Below are positions 10,068-20,850 of a DNA stretch of 34,120 nt, in pieces. Source of the stretch: Octopus bimaculoides (lineage: Eukaryota); NCBI RefSeq assembly GCF_001194135.2, contig NC_068991.1, positions 60,183,811 through 60,217,930 on the forward strand. The letters are read 5' to 3'. Both the position numbers and the translations under genes were made by a program. The notes beneath the pieces were generated by a model. The model was not told the origin of the DNA and ran no database searches. It saw nothing but the letters and a program-made list of their open reading frames with translations. The stretch's first letter is position 1, and each line of letters begins with the position of its first letter.

Positions 10068-10419
10068 GAATATTAAATTATGAATTCTACATTGAGCAAT
10101 GTAAACTGTAATGTACAAAAATCGGAATTGTCACGACTGGAAACTCTATTCACGCGTCTACTCAATCACGTTCGATCTAGTAGACAACAATATAACATAT
10201 AGAAAAGGCTCCATGCCCCCAAATAAAATTCACCTAGCTATCTGAGAAAAGTTGACAATACAGCGAGACTTTAACATGTAGAAGACTTTAACGAGACTTT
10301 AACATGTAGAAGGACCATCATGTAACAAAGAAATAGCCTGACGTAATTTTCCATCATAGATATAGCAATACTATTGTTACAATAGTATTGTTACAATCAA
10401 CATAGGATGCCAATATTGC

Positions 10420-10565
10420 TTTCTGGTGAAGGTACTCGCCGCGCAATCATGTCGCTTTAGGTTCAGTCCATCTTCGAGGCACTTAGTCAAATGTCTTCTG
10501 CTGTAACTCCGGACCGATCGACGACTTGTCAATGAATTGGGGAGACAGAAACCGTGTAGAAGCAC
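10420..10565 (+). mobile_element. Second SINE family, diverged 5' half
   Basis: Similar to 11371-11490 (ggttcagtc..., aaatgtcttct.ct.ta.c.c.ggaccga) and runs into (GT)n(AT)n. Confidence 0.6.
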
Positions 10566-10602
10566 GTCATGTTTGTGTGTGTGTGTGTGTGTGTGCGCGT
10601 GC

Positions 10603-10636
<34 letters not shown>

Positions 10637-10970
10637 NNNNNNNNNNNNNNNNNNNNNNNNNNNNNNNNNNNNNNNNNNNNNNNNNAAAACTTACTGTTAA
10701 TAAAAGTCGGGGTGCGTTGCGTTCCGTTACGTAATAAATGAAAAAATGCATTGTATATAATCAACACCAGGAAAAAAGTGTACATATACTGAGTGTACAA
10801 CTGGAGAGGAGACAGACATAAAAGGTCCCAAATTCTTCATCAGTTATCAAATAAATGGTAATACTCAGTTTTGCGCCATTAATGGCAAGACTGAGAACTT
10901 CCCGTGCTAGCGGTGCCTGCGAAAGCCATGGAGAATATAGGGCCTGGAGCAAGCAAAACAACACTGAGTG

Positions 10971-11316
10971 GACATACGAAAGTAAAAAAAAAAATGTAAT
11001 TTAAGACGGTGGACAAAGACGAAATAAATAAGAAATGAACAAAATACAGCTAAGACAAGAATGATGAGTAACGCTTAGGATATAGGAAACAGCAAATAGC
11101 AAAACACAGAGAATTTTACAACCGGTCATCAATGCAACCGGTATGAAAAAGGGAGAAAATTAAGGGAAGCTGACCACGGGTCACGTGTCAGCACCAGGTA
11201 GAAGAGAAAGAGGGCAATTCTTGTCTTTTTGAGCCTAAGGTTGTATTTTGCTCGTTTCGTATTTATTTCGTCTTTGTGCATCGTCTTAAATTACATTTTT
11301 TAAGTTTTCGAATGTC
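10971..11316. mobile_element. MITE-like element with long terminal inverted repeats
   Basis: 10991-11048 versus the reverse complement of 11242-11299: 53/58 identical by hand. The repeat extends outward to gacatacgaaag / gacattcgaaaa. No ORF. Confidence 0.8.
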
Positions 11317-11370
11317 TATTCCGTGGACATATATTGAAAGCGCATACTTTTTTATTATATTTATATATAC

Positions 11371-11490
11371 AGGCGCAGGAGTGACTGTGTGGTAAGTAGC
11401 TTGCTTACCGACCACATGTTTCCAGGTTCAGTCATACTGTGTAGCATCTTGGACAAATATCTTCTACTATAGCCTCGGGCCGACCAAAGC
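11371..11490 (+). mobile_element. tRNA-derived SINE head (second family), cut by an assembly gap
   Basis: aggcgcaggagtgactgtgtggtaagtagcttgctt (A-box-like) and caggttcagtc (B-box-like). Downstream pieces of this family occur at ~19945-20045 and ~33419-33465. Confidence 0.8.
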
Positions 11491-11590
11491 NNNNNNNNNN
11501 NNNNNNNNNNNNNNNNNNNNNNNNNNNNNNNNNNNNNNNNNNNNNNNNNNNNNNNNNNNNNNNNNNNNNNNNNNNNNNNNNNNNNNNNNN

Positions 11591-12741
11591 AGAAATTATT
11601 TTTATGCATTTGTGTACATTTAAACTAATCAAATATTATTGTACAGAATAATAGAATTAAAGTTTCTTTGATTAAAACTCTTTCTAACATGGAAGTATCC
11701 AAAGAGCATTTAAGGCACATAATGCTATATGAGCGCAAAAAAGGAAACTCTGCAGCCGAAGTGACTCAAAACATACACTCAGTTTATGGGAAAGAATGCT
11801 TGAATGAAAGAACTTGCAGAAGATGGTTTACAAAATTCAGAAAGTGGAGATTTCAGCCTTGAAGATGAAGATCGAACAGGACGTCCAGTTGAGTTTGATG
11901 ATAAGCTCCTTGAGGCATTACTTGAAAAAAATCCTACATTATCAGTTGAAGAATTGGCAATAAAGCTTAGTTCAAACCATACAACTGTTCATCGTCATCT
12001 TCAACAACTTGGAAAGGTTCCTAAACTNNNNNNNNNNNNNNNNNNNNNNNNNNNNNNNNNNNNNNNNNNNNNNNNNNNNNNNNNNNNNNNNNNNNNNNNN
12101 NNNNNNNNNNNNNNNNNNNNNNNNNNNNNNNNNNNNNNNNNNNNNNNNNNNNNNNNNNNNNNNNNNNNNNNNNNNNNNNNNNNNNNNNNNNNNNNNNNNN
12201 NNNNNNNNNNNNNNNNNNNNNNNNNNNNNNNNNNNNNNNNNNNNNNNNNNNNNNNNNNNNNNNNNNNNNNNNNNNNNNNNNNNNNNNNNNNNNNNNNNNN
12301 NNNNNNNNNNNNNNNNNNNNNNNNNNNNNNNNNNNNNNNNNNNNNNNNNNNNNNNNNNNNNNNNNNNNNNNNNNNNNNNNNNNNNNNNNNNNNNNNNNNN
12401 NNNNNNNNNNNNNNNNNNNNNNNNNNNNNNNNNNNNNNNNNNNNNNNNNNNNNNNNNNNNNNNNNNNNNNNNNNNNNNNNNNNNNNNNNNNNNNNNNNNN
12501 NNNNNNNNNNNNNNNNNNNNNNNNNNNNNNNNNNNNNNNNNNNNNNNNNNNNNGTTCTTCGCTTTGAAACCAAACCAAAAGTGTTTTACATTGATGGGAT
12601 TAAAAAGCTTGTAAATAGGTGGTAGGAAGTCATAGATAATCAAGGGAAGTACATTGATGATTAAATTTCAATTAAATATAACATTTGATCACTTGTTTTC
12701 TTTATTCAAAATTCGGACAGAACTTATGGGATGACCTGATA
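11591..12741 (+). mobile_element. Mariner transposon 1 (transposase pseudogene; centre in gap)
   Basis: MEVSKEHLRHIMLYE...ERTCRRWFTKF (frameshift ~11840) SGDFSLEDEDRTGRPVEFD: mariner HTH domains. After the gap, FYIDGIKKLVNRW*EVIDNQGKYID*. Right TIR ...gaacttatgggatgacctga followed by TA at 12740-12741. Confidence 0.92.
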
Positions 12742-12870
12742 CAAAAGAAAGTAAATGGGGAAGAAGTACAGATAGATGGGACCTATTAAAGAAGGATTAG
12801 ATTACATTAAGTTTAAATAGTGAGAGGGGTACTACACTTGCTAACATGGGGGATTGTTTATAGACATATA

Positions 12871-12936
12871 CGCGCACATACACACACACGCACACACGCG
12901 CGCACATACACACACACGCACACACGCGCGCACATA
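12871..12936. repeat. 28-bp minisatellite (cgcgcacatacacacacacgcacacacg, 2 copies plus partial)
   Basis: Direct inspection. Confidence 0.85.
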
Positions 12937-14671
12937 TACACCCACACAGCGACGTAGACACCCACACCCACGCTGACCCAGTACGCCATAAAATCTTACA
13001 ATCCTAGGATTTATAATCGGAAGATACAGACAGTAAAAAGCTGCCATCACCGTTACCATAAGATCAAAATGGGAGTCTTGATAGGTGTCGTGTAACAGAC
13101 TGTGTAGCGGAAATCGTTGTTCTTTTTTCCATAGCATACTGGGGTGTAGATTCAGCTATCAGTCACAGATGACTGGACACGCTCATATGTATACAAGTAT
13201 ACACGTGTGCACACAATCATAGTGGCCTATTTAACTGTATACGTACAGCAATATACACCACTCGGTTCTCACTATCTCCATCCACTACAAACACACTGAC
13301 TCACATTCATATATTAACTTCTCCTCTTCTCACCCAAACCACACCAAGCTCTCCATCACCTACTCCCAATTCCTCCGTCTGCCCAGGCTCTGCAGTGACA
13401 ACCATGACTTTGAGACTCAGTCTCAACTCATAACTCACCACTTCATTCTACATGGATATCCTCCTAACCACTATCCACGCTGCCCTTGCCAGGGAATGAT
13501 CTTTAGAACCTGACTCTGCTCTTTCTCCTCGCACCACCCCGTCGTTGCCCGTCGCTCGTTTTCCCTCACCTACCACCCCTCCACCCTGCCTCTCCAACAC
13601 ACCATTCTTCGAGCTTTCCGGCGACTCCAGTCCGACCCCTCCACATTACACATCTTTCCCAACCTACCCCTTCTCTGCTTCAAACGAACCCATAATCTGC
13701 GTAACCTCCTAGTCCACAGCTTCTTCCCTAACCTCACCTCCCAGCCTGGCTCGTTCTCCTGCTCCCGACCACGATGTCGCACATGCCCCTGCCTCTCCAA
13801 CACTGCAATCCTCACAGCAACCCATCATCGTCCCTATCACATCACCGACCTTTACCTGTACTTCTATAATGTCATTTACTGCATCTCCTGCTTTCTCTGT
13901 CCTTCCCTGTACATCGGTCAAACGAGGCGCAGCTTAGCTGATCGGCTCGCGGAGCACCTCCGAGGCATCAGACTCGGTAATGACACCCGGTATCGTGCCC
14001 TTTCCGCTCTACCGGCCATTCGTTACAAAATTTGGGTATGTTCGGACTGTCTTTGCACAGGGGCCATCTGGACTCCCGCCTTCACCGTAAACCGGAATTA
14101 ATGTTCTCTCTTCGCTCCTTTGCGCCACACAGGCTCAACTTACTTCCTCTCTTCATCTGACACCAACCTCACCTCTTCTCTTCATTTGACACCACTCTAT
14201 ACACACACTAGTAATGACCACTTCTCGGCACCCACACCACACGCCATCATCCACACAGCCACACACAATCTTCAATAGCGTCACCACACCTAAACTATAA
14301 GAGCAGTCATATGCACTGTTTAACACCACACACCATCATGCACACTCCCAAACCTACACAAGCACATAATACCCGAACACAGACAATATATACATAAACA
14401 CGCAACACGCATTAACGCATGCAACATACATAGACAAAGATAACTTTCGCCCACATACATACACCATAGGCATGCACACTGCTTGGTCACAGACACATAC
14501 CCTCACATCCTCACATACACGCACACGTACGTGTACTTTCTGTTGTTGGGATCACTAGCACTATTATCTCTCTTTCATTGAACTTTTTTTCTTATTATCA
14601 CCCTTTCTTTCAACCTCGTTTTTCCCCAATCATCCACCATGTTGGACCGCGGAATTCTAAACGTTTTTTTA

Positions 14672-14672
<1 letters not shown>

Positions 14673-14748
<76 letters not shown>
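14673..14748. repeat. (CT)n microsatellite
   Basis: Direct inspection. Confidence 0.95.
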
Positions 14749-14751
<3 letters not shown>

Positions 14752-14765
14752 ATATTTTCTAATTC

Positions 14766-14801
14766 CTTTCTGTTGAAGAGCGTAGGCTCGAAACGTAAAA
14801 G
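14766..14801 (+). ncRNA. Minimal hammerhead-ribozyme-like motif of a Penelope element (one core mismatch)
   Basis: cttt-CTGtTGA-A-GAGC(GTAG)GCTC-GAAA-CGT-A-aaag: core CUGAUGA with one A>U change, 4-bp stem II, GAAA, self-complementary ACGT stem III, GUA triplet, 4-bp stem I. Confidence 0.65.
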
Positions 14802-14878
14802 ACTTTTCATTTTTCCCGAAAGTCAAACTAATACACTTGCTTGTTGTTCATAAACAGGGGAACCAAACAGCAGAACAC

Positions 14879-15062
14879 AAACAGGAGAACCCAATCATGG
14901 CTGTCAGACAATTTCTGCGACCACATCACTCCGAACATCTCGCCATCTAACTCCCCAGACTCACTCCCCTTGATTATTATGTGTGGGGCGCAGTTGAACG
15001 AGAGACCAACACAACTCCTTGTAACACCAAAGATGAATTGAAGGCAAGGATTATGGCAGCAT
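14879..15062 (+). mobile_element. Tc1/mariner-superfamily (maT/DD37D-like) transposase C-terminal fragment
   Basis: RRTQSWLSDNFCDHITPNISPSNSPDSLP (frameshift) DYYVWGAVERETN...NTKDELKARI matches the WP..SPDLNPLDYYVWG motif. Confidence 0.75.
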
Positions 15063-15086
15063 AAGACCGCTGTCTCGCCTGTTGGT

Positions 15087-15290
15087 TCATTGATCGATGA
15101 TAACGGCATTCCCCAGCATGATGCTAAAGAAATAGCAAAAGTACTGCAGAAACAATACTGCTCTGTCTTTAGAGATCCTACTGATATTGACGTAAGGTAT
15201 GTGAACGAAGTCGATTCCCAAAATATAATCTGTAAAAGGATTACGAGGCTAATTTTTCGGCGATTTTACCGTAGACATTAACTTTTACAC
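15087..15290 (+). mobile_element. Possible APE-type LINE (CR1/L2-like) tether-region fragment
   Basis: LIDDNGIPQHDAKEIAKVLQKQYCSVFRDP resembles the 'A..LN.YF.SVF' pre-RT motif; short. Confidence 0.4.
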
Positions 15291-15694
15291 TATCGTTATG
15301 ATGAGCATACCAAGCGTTTATCAGTGCACTGATTTCGTTTTCTACCCAGTGACGTTTTAGAATATTATTGGCCATATTCAATGGATAGAATAGTATTATA
15401 CATTGTACGTTAGTTATCACTGATTTGATGTATGATCGTGAATGTGCCGTAGGAGAATTTATGTTGATATATTCGAAAATGCGTGGCGATATCCAGGTGT
15501 GCGTGAGAGAGTTCAGTGTATTTAGTACAAATCAGAAAGAGCGGTGTGTTTAATACAAATCAAAAGAAATTAACTGTACTCACTAGTCTAGTTTTAGAAC
15601 TAATATTGATGATACCAGGTAGTCCAAACTGTCCCAGCGCTCTATTCAACACTTCACCACACTAATCGACATATACACATTAGTCCAAAATATT

Positions 15695-15699
15695 AACTG

Positions 15700-15739
<40 letters not shown>

Positions 15740-15749
15740 TACACACACG

Positions 15750-15785
<36 letters not shown>

Positions 15786-16045
15786 CACTCATGCATATAT
15801 ACACATACACACACATGTACACATATATCAATACATGCATATACACGTCTTCGCGTGCCAGTGTGTGTTTATTGGACGCGTGTGCGTGCACTGGCACATG
15901 TATATATCCACCGTGAATATAACCCCGAATTCAAATTGTCGGGGTTATATGTTCGTTGTACAGAATATATATATTCGTTGTACGGAATAAAGACTAATAC
16001 CAAATATCCCTCTTCTGTTTCTTTAATCGATTATATATATATGTA

Positions 16046-16079
<34 letters not shown>

Positions 16080-16104
16080 CATGTGTGTGTGCGTGTGTGT
16101 GTGT
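15695..16104. repeat. Compound (AT)n/(AC)n/(GT)n microsatellite field
   Basis: Direct inspection. Confidence 0.9.
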
Positions 16105-16110
16105 AAGAGT

Positions 16111-16210
16111 TACCACCATTCTTGAAATAGCAGTCAAACCTTGACTCTAAAACCACATTTAATGTGGTTTTTAGAGTCAAGGTTTGACTGCTATTTCAAG
16201 CATGGTGGTA
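16111..16210. repeat. 100-bp near-perfect palindrome (foldback/MITE-like)
   Basis: Arms 16111-16159 and 16161-16210 differ by one mismatch and one 1-nt indel; 1-nt centre at 16160. Confidence 0.95.
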
Positions 16211-16344
16211 TATCTTAGATACCCTGTATTATAATTTTTATAATAATTATTACCTCTGAGGTTTTTGTTCCCCTGCTGGCCACTTGAAAAGATCGGTATT
16301 TTTAAATAACGATCTTAGCCTTATTTATATAAATTTATATATTT

Positions 16345-16428
16345 GTGTGTGTGCGTGTACGTGTGAGCGTATGTGTGTGTGCGTGTACGTGTGAGCGTAT
16401 GTGTGTGTGCGTGTACGTGTGAGCGTAT
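16345..16428. repeat. 28-bp minisatellite, 3 perfect copies (gtgtgtgtgcgtgtacgtgtgagcgtat)
   Basis: Direct inspection. Confidence 0.92.
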
Positions 16429-16484
16429 GTGTGCGTCTACATGTGTCTGTGCATGCGTGTATTGTACGTATGTGTCTTTGTGTC

Positions 16485-16645
16485 TGTATTTGTCGCCCAC
16501 TGCCGTTTAACAACCGTTGCTGGTGTGTTTACGTTCTCGTACGTTAGCGGCTCGGCTTTAAATACAAGAACTAGGGTCGACTAAAGTTCCTGAACGTCGT
16601 GCTCCAGCATGGCCGCAGTCTAATGACTCAAGTAAGTAAAAATCG
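16485..16645 (+). mobile_element. SINE 3' half following a (GT)-rich spacer
   Basis: tttgtc..acaacc..ctggtgtgtttacgt..gtgctccagcatggccgcagtc..atgact..agtaa. Related pieces at ~16785-16880, 31745-31795 and, inverted, ~32290-32435. Confidence 0.7.
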
Positions 16646-16993
16646 AAACATATACCTACCTAAACACACACACATTTATATGCACACGTATATACATATG
16701 TGTGTGTGTGTGTGTGTGTGCGTGTGTGTGTGTGTGTGTGTATGTGTGTGTGTTTGGGTTTGTGAGTGTGTTTGGGTTTGTGTTTGTCCACTACCTGCGT
16801 TTGACAGTTGGTGTCGATTTGTTTGACTAAATTCTTAAAAGCAGTGACCTAGCATGACCACAGCCTTAAACCAGTAAAACATAACGTATAGCAATGCCAA
16901 ATTATTATAATGTTCCGATGAAGCACGCTACAGCCTTAAGGAAGTGCACCGACTAGTCTTCTAAAAGAAAAAAACATTATAGTCATGAAAAAT

Positions 16994-17999
16994 TATTGGG
17001 TAGGCAACTAAGTTCCCGCCGTTTTTTTTAAATTCGGAATTTATTTTGTTTTTACATTTTGGAATTCTATTTTTGAATCATTTTCGAATCTATTTTTTTT
17101 TTCCTAATTAATTTTCGTTAATTTTTGTTTATTTTCAGATCATTAGAATGGAATGTCAAGTTAAGAAAAACGAGCATTTTCGACACCTTCTTCTTTTTGC
17201 TTTTAATCAAGGTTCTAAGGCGGCAAAAGCTGCTCGCGGCATTTGTGCTGTGTATGGAGAGGGTGCCATAGCTGAAAGAACCGCACGTGATTGGTATGCC
17301 AAGTTCAAAAATGGAAATTTTGACCTCAGAGACGCACCTTGTTCTGGCCATCCAGTGGAGTTCGATGAAGTGCGATTAAACCAACTTTTGCACAAAATTT
17401 CTAGTCAAACGACAAGGGAACTGGCAAAGAAAATAGAATGCTCCCACACTGCTACACAGAAGCATCTTCACTCGATGGAAAAAGTTCAGAAGTACGGAGC
17501 AAGGGTTCCACATGCTTTAAGTGACAACAACAAAAATCATTGAGCCACAATCTCCGCTGGTTTGCTTGCTCGTCACCGCTCAACTCATGCAACGATTTCT
17601 TTACCGAGTAGTTACTGGCGACGAAAAATGGTGCCTGTATTTCATATGAAGCAGCGTAAGGAATGGCTTAGCCCCGGTAAACAATTGACACCGCGCGTGA
17701 AACAAGATCTTCATCCGCGTAAAACGATCTTGTGCGTATGGTGGACTGGGAAGGGACTATCCATTATGAATTGCTTGAACGGAACCAAACGGTCAACGCG
17801 GAACTCTATGTTCAACAGATGGAACGACTCAACACGGCTATTCAAGAGAAAAGATCTAATCGGCAGCATGGAGTTCTTCTACTGCACGACAACGCCCGCC
17901 GTCATATCGCCAATATGACCAAGGAAACCATTCAAACGCATGGTTGGGAAGTGCTCCCACACCTGCCATACTCTCCTGATTTGGCACCAACGGATTTCC
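16994..17999 (+). mobile_element. Mariner transposon 2 (mellifera-subfamily-like; pseudogene, 3' end in gap)
   Basis: TA at 16994 then TIR ttgggtaggcaactaagttcc. ATG 17148 MECQVKKNEHFRHLLLF..., RVPHAL (WVPHEL), TGDEKW, HDNA, PYSPDLAPTDF. One stop and two frameshifts. Confidence 0.93.
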
Positions 18000-19432
18000 N
18001 NNNNNNNNNNNNNNNNNNNNNNNNNNNNNNNNNNNNNNNNNNNNNNNNNNNNNNNNNNNNNNNNNNNNNNNNNNNNNNNNNNNNNNNNNNNNNNNNNNNN
18101 NNNNNNNNNNNNNNNNNNNNNNNNNNNNNNNNNNNNNNNNNNNNNNNNNNNNNNNNNNNNNNNNNNNNNNNNNNNNNNNNNNNNNNNNNNNNNNNNNNNN
18201 NNNNNNNNNNNNNNNNNNNNNNNNNNNNNNNNNNNNNNNNNNNNNNNNNNNNNNNNNNNNNNNNNNNNNNNNNNNNNNNNNNNNNNNNNNNNNNNNNNNN
18301 NNNNNNNNNNNNNNNNNNNNNNNNNNNNNNNNNNNNNNNNNNNNNNNNNNNNNNNNNNNNNNNNNNNNNNNNNNNNNNNNNNNNNNNNNNNNNNNNNNNN
18401 NNNNNNNNNNNNNNNNNNNNNNNNNNNNNNNNNNNNNNNNNNNNNNNNNNNNNNNNNNNNNNNNNNNNNNNNNNNNNNNNNNNNNNNNNNNNNNNNNNNN
18501 NNNNNNNNNNNNNNNNNNNNNNNNNNNNNNNNNNNNNNNNNNNNNNNNNNNNNNNNNNNNNNNNNNNNNNNNNNNNNNNNNNNNNNNNNNNNNNNNNNNN
18601 NNNNNNNNNNNNNNNNNNNNNNNNNNNNNNNNNNNNNNNNNNNNNNNNNNNNNNNNNNNNNNNNNNNNNNNNNNNNNNNNNNNNNNNNNNNNNNNNNNNN
18701 NNNNNNNNNNNNNNNNNNNNNNNNNNNNNNNNNNNNNNNNNNNNNNNNNNNNNNNNNNNNNNNNNNNNNNNNNNNNNNNNNNNNNNNNNNNNNNNNNNNN
18801 NNNNNNNNNNNNNNNNNNNNNNNNNNNNNNNNNNNNNNNNNNNNNNNNNNNNNNNNNNNNNNNNNNNNNNNNNNNNNNNNNNNNNNNNNNNNNNNNNNNN
18901 NNNNNNNNNNNNNNNNNNNNNNNNNNNNNNNNNNNNNNNNNNNNNNNNNNTATATATGAATGTTAGATCCAGGGATCGAGATGTAGGAAGAAAGTTAGCT
19001 TCAAGCGATTCGTAGTAAACATATAAAAAACACAACTTTCAAGGACAATAGTGGTTTATTGAGACAAAAGGTTCTTTATCGAAGTACGATAAACTGAAAA
19101 CAGTTCGTTTTATATTTCACGGTAGGCGACCAGGGTTGCCGGGTGTACGAATAAGAATACAAAAGTTACGGAATGGGGTAGATAAGATCCGAGCAACATA
19201 TGCTTCATAGCGAACGTAACCTCAGAAGTGGCAAATATCCAAGTGAGGTGTATACCGTAGGCTACTCTTCTGGCTAAGAATATCTTGATTAAATGAAAGT
19301 TTACATTGCCTCAAGGAGGTTAACGCATGGAAGATTCAATCATAATCTGATATGTGTGTATGTATGTATGTATGTATGTATGTATCTGTATGTGTGTGTA
19401 CACGTATGCGCGCGCGCGCGTGCGTGTGTGTG

Positions 19433-19645
19433 TATGCTGAACTATTGAGAAATCTACAGCTACTCTATCCAGATTACAAGTTCAGCTTTATGCCTGTAAT
19501 TATTGGTGTTCTAGGATACGTGACACACTACCTAAGTACCAGTCATGACAAATTGGGCTTCTCAAAACCATAAAAGGAGAAAGTTGATTTGAACGACTAC
19601 AGATCCAAGCCATCACTAGAACTATAAGAATTTGTAAACTAGAAG
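19433..19645 (+). mobile_element. 3' RLE fragment of another non-LTR retrotransposon family
   Basis: YAELLRNLQLLYPDYKFSFMPVIIGVLGYV...LGF...IQAITRTIRICK (P.IIG.LG motif of RLE C-termini). Confidence 0.65.
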
Positions 19646-20804
19646 TTTATCATTTAAATATATATTTGCTTGTCTAGACATGCAAATATATCCATTAGAA
19701 TACATACATAAAGCAAAACATACAAATCTGCACATGAACTGATTCCAAATACTGCACACGTACATACATAGATGCAAAAATACCCAGTTGCTGAAATTCC
19801 AATGAAGGAATCTTGGAAACCGGCTCTTTCTCTATTGGAAAGAAATCGTGAAATAAAACTGAATAATCACACACTCACTCACACACACACATACACATAC
19901 ACATACATACACACACACACACATATCGGGCTCATTTTCCTTGCGTGGAACCTCGGGCAGGTTTTGTCTACCAGTCTCGGGACGAACAAAACCTTGTGAG
20001 CGGATCTGGTACACAGAAACTGAAAAAAGCCGTCGTATATACGTACATATATACCATTAGTTTCATGTTAAGGAAGCTCTTAACAGTTATCAAACCTATC
20101 GCATCGAACATCAGTGTTAGTCTCCATTTTGGATTAAAACATGAAAGTCACGTAAAATCACGATAAAAATCACGTGAGATTTTTGGGTAACCAAAAACAA
20201 GACAACAGGAAAAAACCTCTGGGATGATCATCTCCCTGGGGTTCGACTTTTGGAAAAATTCAATTCATTCGAATTTTTCTCACTCATATAGATACTTACA
20301 CATACCTGCATAAAAATTTTACAATTGTAAAATTTGTGCACTTCATAGTTCATACTTACACATGTATGCCCTTCGTTGCCGAATGTTTATCCCATGTTTT
20401 GACGTTAAAAGTTTACAGCTTGTTATAATTGCGTATACTATGAGTTTGTGTATATTCTATAAGTTTATGTGTATATTCATATATTTTTCCAGTCTATGTA
20501 TCATGTGCTTTGTGCATATGAATACATTCACATACATGTGCTTGTACACACACATAGAAGCACGCACGCACGCACCCAGACACGCATGAACGCACGCACG
20601 TACACACACATATACACATGCAGATACACACATGCTGCACTCATCCAACAACACACGTGTATATGCATACATAAAAACTGCACGTATTATACGCATTTTT
20701 GAGTATATGATCGTGGAGTTTCACGTATGTTATTCATATTTTTACACATATTTTGTGGAATTTCCTGTAACTTGCACATATTCTTTATAAGTTTTTTTCA
20801 CATA

Positions 20805-20850
<46 letters not shown>

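Larger units (their letters stand above)
9006..10195. repeat. Copy 2 of the diverged local duplication
   Basis: See copy 1. Same order: 39-mer, donor, short ORF, (GT)n, 20-mer, SINE, then ...gaattcta..tgtacaaa..tcggaat... Confidence 0.9.
13265..14850 (+). mobile_element. Penelope-like element, probably Neptune type (RT thumb, Cys-rich linker, GIY-YIG, 3' region)
   Basis: ISIHYKHTDSHSYINFSSSHPNHTKLSITYSQFLRLPRLCS..GYP; LTYHP..; FKRTHNLRNLLV; CSRPRCRTC; NVIYCISCFLCPSLYIGQTRRSLADRLAEH (from 13868). Extension past ~14120 is inferred from the hammerhead-like motif at 14770. Confidence 0.88.

Noticed and set aside
12871-16428. 28-bp repeats as a CRISPR-like array
   Set aside because: Contiguous units with no unique spacers, microsatellite-derived, in eukaryotic context.
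16913-16970. ccgatgaagcac...gtgcaccgactag, a second hammerhead-like pattern
   Set aside because: Core is CCGATGA and the GAAA strand is missing; no adjacent Penelope ORF seen.
18951-19345. Unassigned sequence after the mariner gap
   Set aside because: No convincing ORF, TIR or repeat match by eye; left unannotated.
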